A stretch of DNA of 63,100 bases, filler included, from Octopus bimaculoides (taxonomy: Eukaryota): assembly GCF_001194135.2 (NCBI RefSeq). It is 5 parts of 4 records of this genome, joined end to end, with 100 filler letters (N's around TTAATTAATTAA, not from the genome) between each part and the next. Parts side by side here need not be neighbours in the genome. Positions count along the whole stretch, not along the records: positions 16,871 to 46,732 come from NC_069005.1; 4 more parts are not named here. One strand, 5' to 3'. The translations under genes were made by a program, and so were the position numbers. The notes beneath the pieces were generated by a model, which did no database searches, was not told the origin of the DNA, and worked only from the letters and a program-made list of their open reading frames with translations. Below, one piece after another: positions 23,563 to 34,800 of this stretch. Every line of letters starts with the position of its first letter. Position 1 is the first letter of the stretch.

Positions 23563-24066
23563 GTACATGCATAGTACATAGCATAAAACACAAAAAGACC
23601 AGATATTGGATAGTAAAAGTGCCTCAAAGAGGAAAGGAAGTATAGACGCATCAGTGAATTTGGCAAATTTGGGGAAGCATAAAACTTTTGAAGGATGCAG
23701 TGTCATGACAGTTAACAACCAACACAAGATGTTTATCCCATGCTTCAAGAACTCTAAGCATGAAAAATTGTTTCTGAAAGTCATGTTGCCTTGTTTTTTT
23801 CTGATTTTATAAGCATGTTTACTTGTGTGGTATCATTGAGCTGCCTGTTTCTACATCATAATGGCACTGTGCTTTAAAATATATGAAAGTCATCTTTTCA
23901 GCTTTTAACAATAAATTCAAATTATTTGTCCCATTCATGGAGGCTTTCTATTTTGGTATTTACTTAGAAATGTGAAACAAGAACCAAATACATTAATAAA
24001 TAAATGAATAAATAAATAAACCACTTTCCACTGTGGTCCCACGTAGAACTTCCTATAAGAAAAACA

Positions 24067-24430
24067 TTATCATCACCATCCGTTTTCCATGTTGGCATGG
24101 GTTGGATGGCTTGACAGGAACTGGTAAGGCCAGGGGTCACACCAGGCTCCATTGTCTGTTCTGGCATGGTTCATATGGCTGGATGCCCTTCCTCATGTGA
24201 ACCATTCCACAGAGTGTACTGGGTGTTTTTTATGTGGCACCATCACCAGTGCTGTTTAAGTGGCATCAAGGTGTCAGGTAAAAAGCATTAGTGTGGACAC
24301 AGGTGCTTTTTTATGTGGCACCTGCAACCACACTAATGCTTTTTATGTGACACCTTGGTTTTAGGATCTCAATTCTGCTGCAGTGGGCAGGTCTTCTCAA
24401 GTACAGCAATGGGCCACATGTCTCAGTCCT
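24067..24430 (-). mobile_element. RTE LINE 3' UTR fragment
   Basis: CCATGTTGGCATGGGTTGGA...GGCTGGATGCCCTTCCT...GGTCTTCTCAAGTACAGC, homologous to 29330-29727 and 59030-59250. Confidence 0.75.
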
Positions 24431-24444
24431 CAAACTTCCTAGAA

Positions 24445-24670
24445 AAAAGCAATTTTTGTAAAACTATGTTTTATCTTTTACTGTGGTCAAGCTGGGACAT
24501 CACCTTCAAGGGTCCAGTCAAGTAAATCAACCCCAATATTTTATTTTCAAGCCTAGGACTTATTCTATTGATCTCTTTTGTCAATGTTGAACTGCTAAAT
24601 ACAGGGACGCAAATAAGCCAACCCTTGTCAAACGGTGGTGGTGGATAACCATAACACACACACACACACA

Positions 24671-24703
<33 letters not shown>

Positions 24704-24830
24704 TCATATACAACAACGGACTTCTTTCAGTTTGTTTTCTAAATCCACTCATGTAGCTTCAGTCGGGGGCAGAATAGAAGATACTAGCCCAAGGTGCCGT
24801 TTTGAAAGACTGAATCCAGGACCTCGTTAA
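24445..24830 (-). mobile_element. SINE group A
   Basis: Degenerate copy with a central (CA)n. Confidence 0.75.
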
Positions 24831-25667
24831 TTTATTTGGTATTATTATTGTATGCAAAAGAAAGAAAATTCTTATATTAGCACCTTCAAAAGTTTTATAA
24901 ACTCAGATAAGATTATTACTAATCNNNNNNNNNNNNNNNNNNNNNNNNNNNNNNNNNNNNNNNNNNNNNNNNNNNNNNNNNNNNNNNNNNNNNNNNNNNN
25001 NNNNNNNNNNNNNNNNNNNNNNNNNNNNNNNNNNNNNNNNNNNNNNNNNNNNNNNNNNNNNNNNNNNNNNNNNNNNNNNNNNNNNNNNNNNNNNNNNNNN
25101 NNNNNNNNNNNNNNNNNNNNNNNNNNNNNNNNNNNNNNNNNNNNNNNNNNNNNNNNNNNNNNNNNNNNNNNNNNNNNNNNNNNNNNNNNNNNNNNNNNNN
25201 NNNNNNNNNNNNNNNNNNNNNNNNNNNNNNNNNNNNNNNNNNNNNNNNNNNNNNNNNNNNNNNNNNNNNNNNNNNNNNNNNNNNNNNNNNNNNNNNNNNN
25301 NNNNNNNNNNNNNNNNNNNNNNNNNNNNNNNNNNNNNNNTTATATTAAACTAAAACCGTAACAAAGAAATGGCCTTCACTGTCACACGATAGATCCTAAC
25401 AACGCTACCACACATACAAAAAAAAAATCTTCATAATAAAAGGGGAGTAATGAAGATAATTTAATTAAGGAAACTTAGTTCTCATAATTAAATCAAAGCT
25501 AATTATCCCCGGTTGTTCTCGTTTAACCCACACAATTATGTTTTTAAAGAAAACAAAAACAATGTTGAATTATTTTATGGAGAGTTGTCTCTCTTAGAGC
25601 CCACTATTGACAAACTTTATTTTTGTCTCAGTATTGATGTTACCCGTCACTTGTTTAATTCACACAC

Positions 25668-25703
<36 letters not shown>

Positions 25704-25734
25704 GTTTGTAGATATATGTTTGCATAAATGTATG

Positions 25735-26090
25735 TATATTGTGGCAAGAAGCTTGCTGCCTCAACCACATAGTTCCGGGTTCAGTCCCACCGCGAGGCAT
25801 CTTGGGCAAGTGTTTCTACTATAACCTCGGGCTGACCACAGCCTTCTGGGTGGATTTGGTAGACGGAAATTGAAAAACGCCCTTGTGTGTGTCCACCACC
25901 GCTTGGCAACCGGTGTTGGTGTGTTTACGTCCCTCGTAACTTAGCGGTTCGGCAAAGACAACGATAAAATAAGTACCAGGCTTTAATAAGATAATTAGTA
26001 CAACGGTAGATTCATTTGCCTAAAAATTCTTCAAGGTGATGCCCAAGCATGGCCGCAGTCTAATGACTGAAACAAGTAAAAGATAAAAGA
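25735..26090 (+). mobile_element. SINE group A
   Basis: GTGGCAAGAAGCTTGC...GGGTTCAGTCCCAC...GACTGAAACAAGTAAAAGATAAAAGA. Confidence 0.85.
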
Positions 26091-26105
26091 TATATTCATA
26101 TATAA

Positions 26106-26139
<34 letters not shown>

Positions 26140-26177
26140 TTTACATATATATATATATATATACACGTGTGTGTTTT

Positions 26178-26223
<46 letters not shown>

Positions 26224-26659
26224 GTGTGTGTGTGTGTTATATATATATATGTTTATATTATAATGGAGGAGGCCGATTTATGGGGTTACCCTGGGTTTCT
26301 CACTAATAAGGGGTTTAGCCTTACGGCGTATTGTCAGACCCCAAATCTGTTGGCCTAAGACTCCTTATGGATGAGAAACTCCATAAACCGCCCCCCCTCC
26401 ATTATAATATTAACTGCTGTACATTTTACAGTTTCCTTCTTCTCCAGATTTATGTTTTTCTACAAACGATATATATATATCGTATATGTATAAATACAGT
26501 CAAACAGATAGATGTAAGTGCAGGTATGCTTAGAAAGTTGGCTTTCAAACCACATGGTTTCCGGTTCAATCCTACTGTATGGGCAAGTGTCTTCTACTAC
26601 AGTCCTGGGATTATCAAAGCCTTGTAAGTAGACACCCAGACAAACACTGAAATATATAT

Positions 26660-26930
26660 ATATCTCTGTCTATCTATCTATCTATCTTTCTATCTATTTA
26701 TCTATCTGTCTTCCTCCATCTTTCTATCTATACCTCTGTCCTGGCCTCTACTTCACTGCTATACCCTTCTGTCCCTTCCTCCTTGTTCCACTTCCTCCCT
26801 CCACCATCCTCTCTATCTATTTATCTATCTGTCTTCCTCTATCTTCCTATCTACCCTTCTGTCCTGGCCTCTACTTCACTGCTTCTGTCCCTTCCTCCTT
26901 GTTCCACTTCCTCCCTCCACCATCCTCTCT
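26660..26930. repeat. Pyrimidine-rich tandem duplication (unit about 115 bp) running into a gap
   Basis: TATCTATCTGTCTTCCTC...CCTGGCCTCTACTTCACTGCT...CCACCATCCTCTCT occurs twice. Confidence 0.85.
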
Positions 26931-27722
26931 NNNNNNNNNNNNNNNNNNNNNNNNNNNNNNNNNNNNNNNNNNNNNNNNNNNNNNNNNNNNNNNNNNNNNN
27001 NNNNNNNNNNNNNNNNNNNNNNNNNNNNNNNNNNNNNNNNNNNNNNNNNNNNNNNNNNNNNNNNNNNNNNNNNNNNNNNNNNNNNNNNNNNNNNNNNNNN
27101 NNNNNNNNNNNNNNNNNNNNNNNNNNNNNNNNNNNNNNNNNNNNNNNNNNNNNNNNNNNNNNNNNNNNNNNNNNNNNNNNNNNNNNNNNNNNNNNNNNNN
27201 NNNNNNNNNNNNNNNNNNNNNNNNNNNNNNNNNNNNNNNNNNNNNNNNNNNNNNNNNNNNNNNNNNNNNNNNNNNNNNNNNNNNNNNNNNNNNNNNNNNN
27301 NNNNNNNNNNNNNNNNNNNNNNNNNNNNNNNNNNNNNNNNNNNNNNNNNNNNNNNNNNNNNNNNNNNNNNNNNNNNNNNNNNNNNNNNNNNNNNNNNNNN
27401 NNNNNNNNNNNNNNNNNNNNNNNNNNNNNNNNNNNNNNNNNNNNNNNNNNNNNNNNNNNNNNNNNNNNNNNNNNNNNNNNNNNNNNNNNNNNNNNNNNNN
27501 NNNNNNNNNNNNNNNNNNNNNNNNNNNNNNNNNNNNNNNNNNNNNNNNNNNNNNNNNNNNNNNNNNNNNNNNNNNNNNNNNNNNNNNNNNNNNNNNNNNN
27601 NNNNNNNNNNNNNNNNNNNNNNNNNNNNNNNNNNNNNNNNNNNNNNNNNNNNNNNNNNNNNNNNNNNNNNNNNNNNNNNNNNNNNNNNNNNNNNNNNNNN
27701 NNNNNNNNNNNNNNNNNNNNNN

Positions 27723-27771
<49 letters not shown>

Positions 27772-27789
27772 ATATATGTGTGTATTTGT

Positions 27790-28145
27790 TTTTCTTTGAT
27801 TTGATATCAGATGGAATTTGTGAAGGTAGATTTTCTGTCTGGATACCCTTTCTGTCACTAACTCACCTGCTTCCATGCAAGGTAATATTTTCCCATTGCC
27901 TGACATTGCTTTTATGGAAGATTGAAAACAAGCAACACCACTTGTATGATGATGATGATGATACTCATTTACAACTATCTTGAAATGTCAAGACAAGGAG
28001 ACAGAAATACACTCTCCCACCTATGTGCACATACACACATACACACACACACACATGCATACATGCACACACATGTATACATACATATATACATGTACAA
28101 TAATCTTCTTTTAGCCTCCATATCTCAAGTCCACTGCTAAGGCTT
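27790..28145 (-). mobile_element. SINE group A body with RTE-like tail (second copy of the 20600-21012 subtype)
   Basis: Minus strand CATCATACAAGTGG...GAAAATCTACCTTCACAAATTCCATCTG aligns with 20822-20975; body GCCTTAGCAGTGGACTTG...AAAGAAG. Confidence 0.65.
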
Positions 28146-28669
28146 TACTTTAAATATATATATATATATATATATATANNNNNNNNNNNNNNNNNNNNNN
28201 NNNNNNNNNNNNNNNNNNNNNNNNNNNNNNNNNNNNNNNNNNNNNNNNNNNNNNNNNNNNNNNNNNNNNNNNNNNNNNNNNNNNNNNNNNNNNNNNNNNN
28301 NNNNNNNNNNNNNNNNNNNNNNNNNNNNNNNNNNNNNNNNNNNNNNNNNNNNNNNNNNNNNNNNNNNNNNNNNNNNNNNNNNNNNNNNNNNNNNNNNNNN
28401 NNNNNNNNNNNNNNNNNNNNNNNNNNNNNNNNNNNNNNNNNNNNNNNNNNNNNNNNNNNNNNNNNNNNNNNNNNNNNNNNNNNNNNNNNNNNNNNNNNNN
28501 NNNNNNNNNNNNNNNNGGTGATACAGACACTCCCCATACACACATGCACTTACAAAAGACACAGACACATTGAAGGACACGCATGCGTAGACACATACAA
28601 TAGGAATACAAAATACAAAATGGCTGATAGTTAGCAAGGTGAGACACACATAAGAAAGAAGGAAACAAA

Positions 28670-28714
28670 GGACCACTGATGAGGTCACAGAAGTGTGACG
28701 AAAGAACTCTGGCC
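28670..28714 (+). ncRNA. Minimal type I hammerhead-like ribozyme motif
   Basis: CCA-CTGATGA-G-GTCACA-GAAG-TGTGAC-GAAA-G-AA-C-TC-TGG: intact core, 6-bp stem II, 3-bp stem I (CCA/TGG), rudimentary stem III. Confidence 0.6.
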
Positions 28715-28802
28715 GAAATAAGATTAAGATTAATGTAATATAAAGCTGAAGCAAATTAACACCAAATATACAGTGCGTGTGTTTTTATTGGCTAAACTGG
28801 CA

Positions 28803-28850
<48 letters not shown>

Positions 28851-28920
28851 ATATACACACACACGCACATACCTAAACATATATATAGAAAAATACACAA
28901 ATAAATAGATATGTAAATGC

Positions 28921-28957
<37 letters not shown>

Positions 28958-29054
28958 ATATATATATAAATAATAATAAAGAGTAAAAATCATTAATGAT
29001 TTTACCAGGGGGTCGGCATGGAAATAAAAACCTTATAAGTAAATTTTACAAATA

Positions 29055-29293
29055 TTCTAATAATTATATACATAATTATAACAAGGGATTGGCTATAAGC
29101 CTCTCCATGCGCTAGAAAAATAGATGCCTAAACATGCTATTACCACCTTAAAAACTCTGAAAAATAAAACAGTCCATGTTTTATTTTTCAGAGTTTTTAA
29201 GGTGGTAATAGCATGTTTAGCTGTCTATTTTTCTAGCACATAGAGAGGCTTATAGCTAATCCCTTGTTACAATTATGTACATAATTATTAGAA
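29055..29293. repeat. Near-perfect palindrome: 117-bp arms, 5-nt loop
   Basis: 29055-29171 pairs with 29177-29293; 8 mismatches counted, inner 44 bp perfect. Confidence 0.95.
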
Positions 29294-29329
29294 AAATATA
29301 TATATATCTTTGAATATTGGATCTCACAG

Positions 29330-29727
29330 AGACAATGACAAACGACCGCAACCTTTGGAGATATGCTGTGCTCAAGAAGACCTGACAAGCCAATTGAGGT
29401 CATAGCTGTGGCCAATGCTGGTGTCACATAACTGGCCCATTTAAAAGTACCCTTCAATCATTGGGCAATATGTCGAGTTTGTGAAGACCTGTTGAACCAA
29501 GTGAAATTGTAGTCATGGTCGATGCCAGTGCTGCCTGACTGGCTCCCATGCTGGTGGCACAGAATGCACCCACTACACTCTCGAAGTGGTTGGGATTAAG
29601 AAGAGCATCCAGCTGTAGAAACCTTGCCAAAACAGATTGGAGCCTGGTGCAGTCTCCTGGCTTGCTAGTCTCCAGTCAAACCGTCCAACCCATGCCAGCA
29701 TGGAAAGTGGATGTTAAACAATGACGT
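29330..29727 (+). mobile_element. RTE LINE 3' end (ORF end plus 3' UTR)
   Basis: GCTGTGCTCAAGAAGACCTG...GGCATCCAGCTGTAGAAACC-like segment...CCGTCCAACCCATGCCAGCATGGAAAGTGGATGTTAAAC. Confidence 0.8.
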
Positions 29728-30140
29728 ATCTTTTATATTTTAGTTGTTTCAGTCATTAGACTGCGGCCATGCTGGAGCACCGCTTTGAAAAGCCTTTAGT
29801 TGAATGAATTGGCCCTAATACTTATTTTTTTGCTAAGACTGGTACTTATTCTATCAGTCTTATTGCTGAACTTCTAAGTTATGGGGACATTAAAAATGCT
29901 GATTGTCAAGTGGTGGTGGGGGACACATTCATATGCAAAGATACACACATACACAATATATATATAAATATATATATACATGACTGGCTTCTTTCAGTTT
30001 CCATCTACCAAACCTACTCACAAGACTTTGGTTGGCCTGAGGTTAAAGTAGAAGACACTTTCCCAAGGTGCCACTCAGTGGGACTGAACCTGGAACCATG
30101 TAGCTGGGAAGCAAGCTTCTTGCCGCATAACCACAGCTAC
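29728..30140 (-). mobile_element. SINE group A, full length
   Basis: TGTTTCAGTCATTAGACTGCGGCCATGCTGGAGCACCGC...GGGACTGAACCTGGAACCATG. Confidence 0.85.
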
Positions 30141-30771
30141 ACACACATACAAATATATGTACATACACACAAATATGTGTGTGTGTATTTAGCAATACTC
30201 AACTTAAATACATAGCATCTTTACATGAAACTTTTGAACCATGGCTATCATTTGTTAATATGATCACCACTAAATAAAATAGTTTATTCTTTGCTGTCCC
30301 TGTATGTTGAGTCAGAAAGTAAAACTATTGCTTAACTCATACAACACTGTCACCTTTCCTTTCCACTACCTTTCAATCCAATTAACTACTTCAGCTTGTT
30401 CATTACTATGAACATTTACAACAGTTCAGAGCAATCAAAACTGATAAACAACATGAAAGCGGCGAACAACTAAAGTTTTTTCTTTAGGCTAATTTCATTG
30501 ACCCCACCGCTATTCCTATTTTATTACCAATAGCTTGTGCAGCTCACAGACAAATATGGGTCACTAAGATCTCTATTTTCAAACATTGCAGAAGAAAAGT
30601 CTGTAGCAGGTCTCTGCCTCAGTTTGAGTCACCTCAATCAGATTTCCAGTTTAGAACCATAGACTAATAATATTGTCGTAAATGACATAACCAGCTGTGA
30701 ACCTAATCATATTGCCATAGAAGGCTTTGAAGTTCATAATCATCAACACCACCACCACCATTATTGTTATT

Positions 30772-31178
30772 CTCTTTTACTCTAATACTTGTTTCAGCCA
30801 TTTGACTGTGGCCATGCTGGAGCACCACCTTTTTAGTCGAATCAAATCGACCCCAGGACTTATTCTTTGTAAGCCCAGTACTTATTCTATCGGTCTCTTT
30901 TGCTGAACCGCTAAATTACAGGGATGTAAACACACCAACATCGGTTGTCAAGCGATGTTGGGGGGACAAACACAGACACATACACACACACACACACCAA
31001 TATATATACATATATATGACAGGCTTCTTTCAGTTTCCGTCTATCAAATCCACTCACAAGGCTTTGGTCGGCCCAAGGCTATAGTAGAAGACACTTGCCC
31101 AAGGTGCCACGCAGTGGGACTGAATCCAGAACCATGTGGATCATAAGCATGCTACTTACCACACAGCCACTCCTACGC
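30772..31178 (-). mobile_element. SINE group A, full length
   Basis: CTCTTTTACTC tail through CCACACAGCCACTCCTACGCC head. Confidence 0.9.
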
Positions 31179-31350
31179 CTGTTTTCCATGCTGGCATGGG
31201 TTGGACAGTTTGACCAGGGCTGGCAAGCAGGAGGGCTGCATCAGGTTCTAGTCTGGTTTGGCTTGGTTTCTATGACTGGATGCCCTTCCTTATGTCAGCC
31301 ACTTTACAGTGTGTGCTGGGTTCTTTTCATGTGACACTGGCACAGGCACA
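31178..31350 (-). mobile_element. RTE LINE 3' UTR fragment
   Basis: TTTTCCATGCTGGCATGGGTTGGACAGTTTGAC...CTGGATGCCCTTCCT. Confidence 0.75.
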
Positions 31351-31654
31351 TTTACCTGGCGCCGTACAAGTGCTTGCGAAATTAGTGATGTTGACTTTAA
31401 AGAAAAATTAAGTAAATTCCTGCCAAATTATATTTCCAAATATTCTAGAAGCTTCGCTTGGAATTATAAAAAACTGGAGTGTTAAATCACTGAAGAGAAC
31501 CGCTTTAGACACTGTTGCATAACATACCTTGTATTCTATGTTTGGCAAAAAGTAATCAATCTGCATTTAAATTGATGTAATGATTACATTGTTCAATTAA
31601 ATAGAAAATTTGCTCCAATGGATTTCATCTGACTCATGCCAATATGGTGACACA

Positions 31655-31860
31655 CTGGGCGAAATGCTTGGTGGTATTTCGTCTGCCATTACATTTTGAG
31701 TTTAAATGCTGCTGAAGTTGACTTTGCCTTTCATCTTTTTGGAGTCGATTAAATAAGTACCAGTTATGTGCTAGGATCGATGTAATCAACTTAATCCCTT
31801 TGTCTGTCCTTATTTGTCCCCTCTATGTTTAGCTCCTTGTGGGCAATAAAGAAATAAATA
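31655..31860 (+). mobile_element. SINE group B with the TTTAGC.CCTTGTGGGCAATAAA tail
   Basis: GGGCGAAATGCTTGG...GACTTTGCCTTTCATC...AATAAGTACCAGTT...CTTAATCCCTTTGTCTGTCC...GGGCAATAAAGAAATAA. Confidence 0.85.
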
Positions 31861-31879
31861 TTGTGAAGGAGACATTAAA

Positions 31880-31935
<56 letters not shown>
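31880..31935. repeat. (GAT)n microsatellite preceded by GACATTAAAA (probable RTE-type tail)
   Basis: The run is directly visible; the preceding bases resemble the GGACGTTAAAA-type terminus. Confidence 0.8.
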
Positions 31936-31936
31936 A

Positions 31937-32300
31937 GGGATCTGGTTAAGAAGGTTGCTTTGCAACCAAAGGGTTTCAGGTTCAATCCCAGTGTGCAGCA
32001 CTGCCAGTGTCTTCTACTATAGCCCTGGACTAACCAATGCCCTGTGAGAGTCTTTGCTAGATGGAAAGTGTGTGGAAATTTATTATATTTTTATGTCTGT
32101 ATGTGTGTGTGTGTTTTTGTTCCCCACCACTGCTTGATAACCAATGTTGGTTTATTGACATCCTCATAACTTAGTGGTTTAGCAAAAGCAATCAATGGAA
32201 TAAGTACCAGACTTAAAAATAAGTCCTGGGGTGGATTTGACTAAACTTTTCAAGTTCTTGCCCCAGCATGACCACAATCAAATGTCTGAAACAAGAAAAA
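31937..32300 (+). mobile_element. SINE group A
   Basis: Degenerate full-length copy. Confidence 0.8.
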
Positions 32301-32319
32301 GATGCAAGATAAATGATAG

Positions 32320-32990
32320 GTGCAGGCGTGGCTGTGTGGCAAGAAGCTTGCTTCCCAACCACATGGTTCCAAGTTCAGTCCCACTGTGTGACACCTTGGG
32401 CAAGTGTCTTCTGCTATAGCCTCAGACCAATCAAAGCCTTTTGAGTGGATTTGATAGATAAAAACTTAAAAGTGGAGGTGCATAGATTAGTGGATAGGGT
32501 AGTGGACTCATGATCGTAAGATTGTGGTTTCAATTCTTGGACTGGGCGACACATTATGTTCTTGAGCAAAACACCTTATTTTCACTTTTCTCTTGTCCAC
32601 TCAGCTGACAAAAGCAAGTAACCCCGAGACAGGCTGGCGTCCCATCCAGGTGGGGAATATATACGCTGTGAAACCAGGAAACTGACCCTTATGAATCAGC
32701 ATGACTTGAGAAGGTAACTTTACCTTTACCTTACAGAAACTGAAAGAAGCCCGCTGTATATATATGTTTGTATATTTGTATGTGTGTCTTTGTTTGTCCT
32801 CCACTACCACTTGACAACTAATGTAATGTTTACATCTACATAACCTAGCAGTTTGACAAAAGAGACCAATAGAATAAGTACCAGGTTTAAAAAAAAAACA
32901 AATGCTGGGGGGTCAAAAATATCCTCCAAGGTGGTGCCCCAGTATGGTGGCCACAGTCCAATGACAAACAAGTAAAAGATAAAAGATATC
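32320..32990 (+). mobile_element. SINE group A interrupted by a group C SINE
   Basis: Head 32320-32468; resumes at AGAAACTGAAAGAAGCCC (32735) and runs to a GTAAAAGATAAAAGA tail. Confidence 0.8.
32473..32733 (+). mobile_element. SINE group C (tail type 2) nested in a group A SINE
   Basis: GGACTCATGATCGTAAG head, TTCTTGAGCAAAACAC middle, tail GGCTGGCGTCCCATCCAGGTGGGGAATAT...GAAGGTAACTTTACCTTTACC. Confidence 0.85.
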
Positions 32991-34147
32991 TGTATGCATG
33001 TGTATATGAAAGAACAATTATTGTTCTTTAGAATACAGTGTGGGGGAGTATGCTTGAAGGTCAGATAAACTAGAACATCTGTTGCTGTTGCTTAGGTTCA
33101 GGAGTGTGTGGAGTGCGTGCATGTGAGAACTGACTCAAATCTTTTGCTATTTACTAGCTTTCTGCAAGCTGTTACTGAACTGGCTTTTTACACTAGAAAA
33201 ACTTTAAAAAATTCAATTGACATGTTACCATTTTTTAGCTAAACAGACAAATGATGGGACATTTGTATTGTAAGATTTGTACCTTAACTAATAATTCTTT
33301 ATCACAAGTACATCTTAAAAGACCTGATGCCCTTTAAGATAAAGTAGATTATCTCCCTTCTTCTGTGCTTGAGTTTCACCAATCTTTAGTCACACAAGCA
33401 GTGCTATTTTAAGGAAATGCTGTAGGTGGTGTAGCACTGGAGCTCATGATCCATGAATAATATTTTAATGATATGTCACTTGAAAATGGCTCTGGTTACA
33501 GGGCTTATATTTAATGGAATTCACATGAATGTGATGGGAATGAATAATGCAGTGAGTGTCCTTTAACTTAACAGTTCAATAATTAGAAAATGATAAAATA
33601 AACGTGAGACACAAACAAGTATTCGTGTTACTATGGTTGACCAAAACTTTTGAAAGCATTGCTCCAGTTTGGTCAAAGTTCAATGATGGAGGCTAGTAAA
33701 ACTACCTTAACTTTTTGCATATCAGAAACCATACTGAGCGATATACCCTTCGCTTTTATGATAGGATATAATTTGAGGGAGTTTGGATTGCTATGCCTAG
33801 TCGGTTGAAAAGACTCTGGACAGATATGCTCATTAGCTTGTCTGTGAGCCAAATCTCACCACCAGATGCATAGAGTCATTACATGCAGAAACTCCTTTGA
33901 TTGCTTCAGTCTAACAAAATATTCTGTCTCAAAAGCATCCTTTGATTACCCTCAAACAGATGGATATCTTTATAATAATTGCATCTTCCTCCAAAGTTGC
34001 TGACCTTATAATTCTGTATAATTTTGTTATTATCCTATAAACTTTCTTAACACTAAGTAGCAAATAGGGCCTCTATAACTCTTGTAATTCTGATAAAATA
34101 TTCTACCATTACCTTATTAATCCCAATAACCCAATAATTTTGAATGT

Positions 34148-34558
34148 CTACTCTTTACTCTTTTACTTGTTTCAGTCATTTGACTGCGGCCATGCTGGAG
34201 CACCACCTTTAGTCGAGCAAATCGACCCCAGGACTTATTCTTTGTAAGCCTAGTACTTATTCTATCGGTCTCTTTTGCCAAACCACTAAGTTACGGGGAC
34301 GTAAACACACCACCATCGGTTGTCAAGCGATGTTGGGGTGACAAACAGACACACAAACACACACATATATATATATATACATATACATATATACAACGGG
34401 CTTCTTTCAGTTTCCGTCTACCAAATCCACTCACAAGGCTTTGGTTGGCCCAAGGCTATAGTAGAAGACACTTGCCCAAGGTGCCACGCAGTGGGACTGA
34501 ACCCGAAACCATGTGGTTGGTAAGCAAGCTACTTACCACACAGCCACTCCTGCGCCTA
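34148..34558 (-). mobile_element. SINE group A, full length, young
   Basis: Close to the in-window consensus; CTCTTTTA tail repeats; head CCACACAGCCACTCCTGCGCC. Confidence 0.95.
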
Positions 34559-34609
34559 CTAGGTAATGTTTTAACTATCTAAGGACCGCAAGCTAGCAAA
34601 ATCATAAGC

Positions 34610-34800
34610 ATGCTGGGTGAAATGCTTAGCAACATTTCTTCTCTCTTTACATTCTGAATTCAAATTCTGCCAAGGTCAACTTTGCTTTTCATCCTTTCGG
34701 AGTCAATAAAATAAGTACCAGTTGAACACTGGGGGCAATATAATTGACTTGCTTCTCCCCTAAAATTGCTGGCCTTGTGCCAAAATTTGAAGCCATTATT
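34610..34800 (+). mobile_element. SINE group B (GCTGGCCTTGTGCCAAAATTTGAA tail)
   Basis: GAATTCAAATTCTGCCAAGGTCAACTTTGCTTTTCATCCTTTCGG...AAGTACCAGTT. Confidence 0.85.
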
